Part shown: piece by piece, positions 58,131-64,000 of the stretch
Layout of the letters: each line of letters opens with the position of its first letter
Position numbering within the stretch: position 1 is the stretch's first letter
Assembly (NCBI GenBank): GCA_016840165.1
Contig: JAEOSU010000072.1
Span: 64,001-128,000, forward strand
Reading direction: 5' to 3'
DNA from: Promethearchaeota archaeon
Lineage (GTDB): Archaea; Asgardarchaeota; Lokiarchaeia; Sigyniarchaeales; SOKP01
DNA: 64,000 nt
Made by a program: the position numbers and the translations under genes
Notes under the pieces: model-generated
Seen by the model: the letters and a program-made list of their open reading frames with translations, nothing else
Told to the model about the DNA's origin: nothing
Database searches by the model: none

Positions 58131-59561
58131 TTGAAAAAAATGATTAAATTTAGTGATAAGCAATTAAAGATACCAGAAATGAGTAAGCCAGTCTACTTAG
58201 CCACTGTTGGCATGTCAAAATTTGATCGTGCATTTCCAGAAACAAGAACTGAGGAGCTATGTATTCAAGCGTTAACAGCTGCAGCAGATTTTGTGAACAT
58301 GACTCCAGCTGAATTGAAAAGCTTTATTCATACTGCATATTATGGGCATTTTGCGGATCATTTTGGTGATCAATTACTCGGAGAAGCAGTAATACATGAT
58401 AGACTTGGATTGGATCCTTTAGGAACTATTGGTGTTAAAACAGGTGGTGCTACAGGTGGATCAACCATGTGGGAAGCAATTAAAGCAGTAGCTTCTGGGT
58501 ATAGTGACTGTGCTTTGGCTCTAGGCTGGGAACGTATGGATGAGGTTCCTACAGATGAGGGAAATCATCTAATTTCATGCGCTGCTGATAAAGATTGGGA
58601 AACTCCACTTGGTCACATTTATACAGGTTATTATGCAGTTATGGCTCAAAGGTATTGGCAGATATTTGGGAAAGCTGAAGATTCTTTTAGGAAAACTATG
58701 GCTGAAATTGCGGTTAAGAATCGAGGATATGCAAGAATGAATCCACACGCACACGGTCCTATGAAAATAACTGTGGAAGATGTTATTAACTCCCCCGTTG
58801 TAGCATATCCCCTCCGAGCCCTAGATTGTTGTTTAATGAGTGTCGGCTCTGCCTGTGGAATTGTATGTGATGAGAAAACGGCGTATGAAATAACCGATAA
58901 GCCTCTTCGGATTTGGATTGGTGCAGGAAGCCATACTTTAAGAGTTGCTGATCGACGTGATATGAAAATCCCACTTCTACCCAATGAAGAACCGGGTCAA
59001 TATGACGATCTAGGTAAAAAATTTCCAGGCGGAGATAGATATCCTGGATTTAGTAGCTTCTTAGCCGCTCGTATTGCTGCCTACTATGCTTATAATATGA
59101 CAGGGGTAGTGGATCCAAGCGAAGATTTAGATGTAGTTGAACTTCATGATGCATTTACAATAAGTGATATTCAATCATATGAAGATATTGGAATTAGACC
59201 ATATGGACAGGGTAGGGACTATATTGAATCTGGTGATGCCTATGTTATAAATCCAAAGACGAATAAACCTGGAAAATTACCAAGCAATCCATGTGGAGGG
59301 CTTATAGGCTGTATGCATGCTGTGGGTGCTACAGGACTAATGCAAATCGCAGAAATCGGTTATCACATTTGGAATCGATGGGATGAAATTCATGAGCCAG
59401 AAGAAAAATGGAAAGCTTTTGGTCGGGAAAAACCAAAAGATTGGACGAGTTTACAAGTAAAAGGAGCCAAACGTGGATTAGCTATTAGTCATGCGGGAGT
59501 AGGTTCGCATGTTACCTGTACCATTTTAATGGATCCTAATCATTTAATCAAGGAGGATTAA
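58131..59561 (+). CDS. Thiolase-domain protein lacking the nucleophilic Cys
   Basis: KTGGATGG, GWERM, PLRALDCC, ELHDAF, NPCGG...HAVGATG. Likely ATG start at 58140. Confidence 0.9.
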   Translation: MKKMIKFSDKQLKIPEMSKPVYLATVGMSKFDRAFPETRTEELCIQALTAAADFVNMTPAELKSFIHTAYYGHFADHFGDQLLGEAVIHDRLGLDPLGTIGVKTGGATGGSTMWEAIKAVASGYSDCALALGWERMDEVPTDEGNHLISCAADKDWETPLGHIYTGYYAVMAQRYWQIFGKAEDSFRKTMAEIAVKNRGYARMNPHAHGPMKITVEDVINSPVVAYPLRALDCCLMSVGSACGIVCDEKTAYEITDKPLRIWIGAGSHTLRVADRRDMKIPLLPNEEPGQYDDLGKKFPGGDRYPGFSSFLAARIAAYYAYNMTGVVDPSEDLDVVELHDAFTISDIQSYEDIGIRPYGQGRDYIESGDAYVINPKTNKPGKLPSNPCGGLIGCMHAVGATGLMQIAEIGYHIWNRWDEIHEPEEKWKAFGREKPKDWTSLQVKGAKRGLAISHAGVGSHVTCTILMDPNHLIKED

Positions 59562-59566
59562 AAAAA

Positions 59567-60169
59567 ATGCCGAAAACAGAAGAGGAAAAGGGTTTTGTTG
59601 ATATAGTTAATGGAAGGTATAAACCGAGGGGAAAATTTCACATAATAGAGAAAAATCAACCCATAATTAACAAGGACACGGGAAAATTAGCAGGAGTAAC
59701 AAATCCAAGAGATATGACCTATATCCATTCTTACGGTGGTGAAGCTCCATTTTTCGAAGGAATAGGTAAAGGAAAACTTTTAGCAACCCGATGTGATAAT
59801 CCAAAATGTGATAGCAAGGGTTCGATTTTTGAGCCTTTCAGAATTTATTGTCCTGATTGTTTAAGAAAAGCCACTATAGTTGATATCACAGAAAAAGCAC
59901 GTAACACTGCGAAAATTCATTCCTTTATTATTACTCATCGTTCAGGAGCGTTTAATACTCTACCTAAACCTATAAAATTCATTAATGTTGAGTTTGATGA
60001 AGAAGTAGTCACTATTCTGATGAGCGTATTAGTCGTAGGAGAACCAGAGATTGGAAAGAGAGTAGTACCAATTTTTCGAACAAAAGACCCCACCTATACT
60101 ATTATGGACTTAATGTTTGTTCTTGAAGGTACTCCCGAATCAGAACTACCTGAAGGATTCACATTTTAA
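59567..60169 (+). CDS. DUF35 Zn-ribbon/OB-fold protein
   Basis: FFEG...GKLLATRC...C....P.R..CPDC; follows the thiolase after 5 nt with a GGAGG RBS. Confidence 0.88.
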   Translation: MPKTEEEKGFVDIVNGRYKPRGKFHIIEKNQPIINKDTGKLAGVTNPRDMTYIHSYGGEAPFFEGIGKGKLLATRCDNPKCDSKGSIFEPFRIYCPDCLRKATIVDITEKARNTAKIHSFIITHRSGAFNTLPKPIKFINVEFDEEVVTILMSVLVVGEPEIGKRVVPIFRTKDPTYTIMDLMFVLEGTPESELPEGFTF

Positions 60170-60257
60170 ACTAAATAATCTTTTATATTTTTTTTATATA
60201 TATACCTAAGAGAAAAAAAGAGAAATAAAAAAATTTTGTAAAAAAGGAATTTGTTGC

Positions 60258-61196
60258 TTAAAGTTCTACATGCTCCTTTTTAAGATGGAAGATTTTTCTT
60301 GCTTCGTCGCCTTGAGCAATTTCCCTTCCTGCAACTTCCGCTACCTTTTTAGCCCATGCTACTTGTTCATAACTTCCTTTTGCTAATTCACCAGATATAA
60401 CACGGGTATTATCTTCTAAACCAACTCGAATATGCCCTCCTAATGCGGCAGCACATAAACCAGCTGAGAATTGTTGTTTGGAAACCCCACAAACGCTCCA
60501 TGTAGCATCTTCAGGTATAAGTTCTAATAATAAGGATAAATTCTTAGGTGAGAACGGAATACCTCCAAGAACACCCCATACAAACTGGAAGTGTAGTGGT
60601 TGAGCAAATGTGCTTTCATCCCGATTGAGGAAAAGCATATTATACAGCCCTCCTAAGTCATATATCTCCATTTCTGGTTTTGTTCTTGCTTTTTTCATTT
60701 CTTTAGCAAACTTCGAAATAGTTTTAAAAGTATTAGCAAAAATATTTCCCGCTCCCATTCCTACTTTTCCAGTTCTATAATCTCCTACAGCAAAATTCAT
60801 AGATGCTGTATTCAAGGAAGCTAATGGGGGTTTAAATGTTTGAACGGGCGCAATTCTTTGCTTATCTGTAGCCACTGAACTAATAGCGCTACTTAAATTA
60901 ATAATCACATCCGGAGCTTTTGATTTAATATTATCTAATACATCTTTAATAAGATCTAATTCATGAGTAGGATTCCCTTTTTCTGGATCTCTTGCATGAA
61001 TATGGACAATCGCAGCACCCGCATCGTAACATTTTTTAGCTTCATCTCCAAATTCTTCTGCTGTATAAGGAACGGAAGGATTATTGGCCTTTGTGGTAAT
61101 TGCACCAGCTAAAGCTGCTGAAATAACCAACTTATTTTCTGGATTTGATTCAGACATGTTTAATTTACACTTTTTAGTATTTAGATTGTTATTCAT
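60258..61196 (-). CDS. Beta-keto acid cleavage enzyme (BKACE/Kce, DUF849)
   Basis: AGAAIVHIHAR, PEMEIYD, FQFV.G, GGHIRVGLEDN. Likely ATG start at 61157. Confidence 0.93.
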   Translation of the reverse strand: MNNNLNTKKCKLNMSESNPENKLVISAALAGAITTKANNPSVPYTAEEFGDEAKKCYDAGAAIVHIHARDPEKGNPTHELDLIKDVLDNIKSKAPDVIINLSSAISSVATDKQRIAPVQTFKPPLASLNTASMNFAVGDYRTGKVGMGAGNIFANTFKTISKFAKEMKKARTKPEMEIYDLGGLYNMLFLNRDESTFAQPLHFQFVWGVLGGIPFSPKNLSLLLELIPEDATWSVCGVSKQQFSAGLCAAALGGHIRVGLEDNTRVISGELAKGSYEQVAWAKKVAEVAGREIAQGDEARKIFHLKKEHVEL

Positions 61197-61368
61197 ATAT
61201 GATTATATTAAATTAAAATTGATCATCTTTCTATTTAAATTTTAAAAATTGGGTCTTGTAGAACTTACTTTTTTATACAAACCAAATAAAAACTATTTAT
61301 AGATCAATTATTCAATATAATAATAATTTAAATGAATTTTTAAAAATTAAAAGACATGGAATTCAAAA

Positions 61369-62511
61369 ATGGACAAAGTAGCAATTGTAGGATGTACTCA
61401 GTCGAAATATGAAGCTCAAAAAATCGATTTACCTTATTCAGAACTTGATTTTGAAGTTGTTAAAAAGCTTCATAACGAACTGGGAATAAGTAATGATGAT
61501 GTGGGGTGTGTAATCACAAGTTCCAATGATTTTAACGATGGGAGAACAATAGCTAATATGGCTATTCAAGACGCTGTTGGGGCTGTCAGGAAAGCCGAAT
61601 CTAGAGTTTCTGGCGATGGAGCATTTGCATACATGTATGGAGCCATGAGAATACTCTCTGGAGAATATGATACTGTTCTTGTGGTTTCACATGGTAAATG
61701 TTCTGAGGGGGATCAATGTCTAATAAATAATTCGATATTTGATCCTTTTTACCAACGACATTTAGGATTAGATCAAATTTCTTCTGCGGGATTAATGGCG
61801 AATATGTATATGACTAAATATAATATTACTGAGGAACAGGCTGCTAAGATAGTAGTGAAAAATCGAAAAAATGCTCTCAATAATCCTTATGCCCATCTTC
61901 AGAAAGCAGTGAATTTAAATGAAGTCTTAAAGTCAGAAATGCTCGCTTATCCATTAAAACAGCTAGATTTTCCCCCTTATAGTGATGGAGCAGTTGCGAT
62001 GTTACTTACTAGCGAAAAGATGGCGAAGAAGTTAACTGACACTCCAATATGGTTAAAAGGGTATGCCAGCTGTACTGACAGTTATTATCTTGGACATAGA
62101 ACCATGACAGATCTAATAGGATTAGAGTATGCCGCGAAAGAAGCATATAAAATAGCCGGTATTAAGAATCCAGTTAAAGATTTAGACGTGGCTGAAGTTT
62201 TTGAAGCTTTTTCTGCCCATGAACTCATGATTTATGAAGCATTAGGTTTTTGTGGGAAAGGAGAAGGAGGGAAATATATGGACAGTGGAGAGACAGAGAT
62301 GGATGGGGAAATTCCTGTTAATCCATCGGGAGGAGTGCTATCTAGTAATATAGCAATGGGAAATGGTTTAGTTCGCGTTGCTGAGATCGCTCTACAGCTT
62401 ATGGGGAAGGCTGAAAAACGACAAGTTTCCGACGCAAAAATTGGATTAGCATATGGAATGAATGGGATATGTTCCCAGGGAAATTGTGTATTAATATTTG
62501 GAGGTGCATAA
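61369..62511 (+). CDS. Ltp4-like thiolase-fold protein (no catalytic Cys)
   Basis: S.D..DGR, ES.V..DGA.A, GK.SEG, DGAVA, VNPSGG; lacks the nucleophilic Cys and the GHP His. Confidence 0.85.
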   Translation: MDKVAIVGCTQSKYEAQKIDLPYSELDFEVVKKLHNELGISNDDVGCVITSSNDFNDGRTIANMAIQDAVGAVRKAESRVSGDGAFAYMYGAMRILSGEYDTVLVVSHGKCSEGDQCLINNSIFDPFYQRHLGLDQISSAGLMANMYMTKYNITEEQAAKIVVKNRKNALNNPYAHLQKAVNLNEVLKSEMLAYPLKQLDFPPYSDGAVAMLLTSEKMAKKLTDTPIWLKGYASCTDSYYLGHRTMTDLIGLEYAAKEAYKIAGIKNPVKDLDVAEVFEAFSAHELMIYEALGFCGKGEGGKYMDSGETEMDGEIPVNPSGGVLSSNIAMGNGLVRVAEIALQLMGKAEKRQVSDAKIGLAYGMNGICSQGNCVLIFGGA

Positions 62512-62514
62512 AAG

Positions 62515-63687
62515 ATGCCGAAACATGATGTAGCAGTCGTAGGAATTGGTCAAACAAAATTTAGAAGTAAAAGACGCGATGTTAACATACCTGAAATGAT
62601 CTACGAAGCAGTTAAGATGGCTTTGGATGACGCACAAATGGAACCAAAGGATATAGATGCAATTTTAATTGGGAATATGGATCATTTTGAAGGAATAAAT
62701 TTCTCTGAGATGTGGTGTGGAATTGATGCAGCACCGGGATATTTAAAACCAGTATTAAAAATTGCGACGGGAGGAACTACAGGATCTTCCCTAGGTATTT
62801 GCGGGTATTATAATATTGCCTCTGGTATCTATAAAAATATTTTAGTTGTAGGATGGGAAAAATTAAACGAAGGAGGAGCTACTACGGGAATAATCACTGC
62901 ATTTGATGCTGTATGGGAGCGTCCTTCATTAGCAGGAGCTTTAGGACCATTAGCGTTAATGGCAAATATGTATGCGGCAAAGTATGGAATTACTTCAGAA
63001 CAAGCAGCAAAAGTGACCGTGAAAAATCGATCAAACGCCGCAAATAATCCTTTTGCACATTTACAAATGCCCGGTATTACCCTTGATTACGTAATGGGAT
63101 CTCAAATGATCTCTTATCCTCTAAGGTTGCACGATTGTTGTCCTCAAAGTGAAGGTGCATGTGCGGTAATTTATGCCAATGAAAAAGAGGCTAAAAAGAT
63201 AACGGATAATCCTGCATGGTTTAAAACAGTTTCAACAGCTCATTATTATACCTTTGGAACTGATGATCTAATGTATGATTTACCTACCGCAACTATTGCT
63301 TCAAAAAAGGCTTACAAGAAGGCAGGCATCAAGGACCCCATTAAGGATCTTGATGTAGCAGAAATTTATGAACCGACTTCATGGTCAGAACTGAGTTGGA
63401 CTGAAGCCTTAGGTTTTGCAGAAGCGGGTGGAGGAGGTAAATTGCTAGATGAGGGGATAACAGCAATGAGCGGTGAGCTACCAGTGAATCCTTCTGGTGG
63501 AGTATTAAGTACTAATCCAATAGGAGCAACTGCTTTAGTACGATTTGCTGAAGCAGCAATACAAGTTATGGGTAAAGGTGGTAAGCGTCAAGTACCAGAT
63601 GTAGAAACATCCCTAGGAATGGGCTTTGGTGGAAGTCTTTGGACGGAGCTTGCAATATTTGGAAAGGATCCTAATCCGGTGAGGTGA
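62515..63687 (+). CDS. Ltp3-like thiolase-fold protein (no catalytic Cys)
   Basis: GQTK..SKR.DV, D.FEG, ATGGTTG, WEK, AEIYEP.SW.E, VNPSGGVLS.NPIGA. Confidence 0.87.
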   Translation: MPKHDVAVVGIGQTKFRSKRRDVNIPEMIYEAVKMALDDAQMEPKDIDAILIGNMDHFEGINFSEMWCGIDAAPGYLKPVLKIATGGTTGSSLGICGYYNIASGIYKNILVVGWEKLNEGGATTGIITAFDAVWERPSLAGALGPLALMANMYAAKYGITSEQAAKVTVKNRSNAANNPFAHLQMPGITLDYVMGSQMISYPLRLHDCCPQSEGACAVIYANEKEAKKITDNPAWFKTVSTAHYYTFGTDDLMYDLPTATIASKKAYKKAGIKDPIKDLDVAEIYEPTSWSELSWTEALGFAEAGGGGKLLDEGITAMSGELPVNPSGGVLSTNPIGATALVRFAEAAIQVMGKGGKRQVPDVETSLGMGFGGSLWTELAIFGKDPNPVR

Positions 63688-63692
63688 AAAAA

Positions 63693-64000
63693 ATGGGAAA
63701 AAAAGATAAAGAATTTTTGATTAAATGGAAAACAAACTTACCCTATAAATACTCTATGGGGGAGTTAGCGGTTAAATTTTTCGAGGAACTCAAAGAAAAC
63801 AAGAAAATTATGGGAAGTAAATGCCCCAAATGTGGTAGGGTGCATTTGCCTCCTCGAGCGGTATGTGCAGACTGTCTGGTCAAAATGACGCTCGATGATA
63901 TGGTTGAATTACCTCCAAGGGGCACTTTAGAGGGTTTTACAGTAGTAAATTATCCTTTTATTGATCCAAATACAGGAGGGATGCGCCCATTTCCCTATGG
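63693..64000 (+). CDS. DUF35 Zn-ribbon/OB-fold protein (3'-truncated by window edge)
   Basis: Manual translation MGKKDKEF...FFEELKENKKIMGSKCPKCGRVHLPPRAVCADC...; GAGGTGA RBS overlapping the upstream stop. Confidence 0.92.
   Translation, partial: MGKKDKEFLIKWKTNLPYKYSMGELAVKFFEELKENKKIMGSKCPKCGRVHLPPRAVCADCLVKMTLDDMVELPPRGTLEGFTVVNYPFIDPNTGGMRPFPY

Noticed and set aside
1-64000. rRNA, tRNA, integrase/transposase or defence island
   Set aside because: Intergenic gaps are short and AT-rich with no GC-rich structured RNA seen; no ORF shows recombinase, transposase or known defence motifs.

Overview
AT-rich, densely coding archaeal chromosome segment, almost certainly from an Asgard archaeon (Lokiarchaeia/Promethearchaeia-like). 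This is inferred from the combination of H4MPT methyl-branch genes (mch, mtd, ftr), archaeal-type GlyRS, XPD, RecJ and beta-CASP, a Loki-CTERM-like sorting tail, and eukaryote-signature proteins (Rab-like GTPase, RagA/Gtr1-like GTPase with roadblock-type C-terminus, eukaryote-like presenilin, UBC/UEV-like-JAMM fusion). About 55 CDS; no rRNA, tRNA, CRISPR array or transposase was recognised. Metabolic content: glycine cleavage T/H/P1/P2, two MTAP paralogues plus apt, methylmalonyl-CoA mutase, glycogen synthase, FAD glycerol-3-phosphate dehydrogenase, and an acyl-CoA catabolic cluster at the right end. All four thiolase-fold proteins in the window lack the nucleophilic Cys; the cluster includes an Ltp4-Ltp3-DUF35-like operon, a BKACE enzyme and an acyl-CoA dehydrogenase. 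Highlights not visible in the ORF track: two genes (Rag-like GTPase, TPR protein) whose reading frames imply non-canonical, probably ATA, initiation; a truncated tandem copy of the C69 peptidase N-terminus; a degenerate FrhB-like protein with an upstream perfect palindrome; and a Zn-ribbon insertion in one MTAP. All family assignments come from motif recognition by eye, not database searches.
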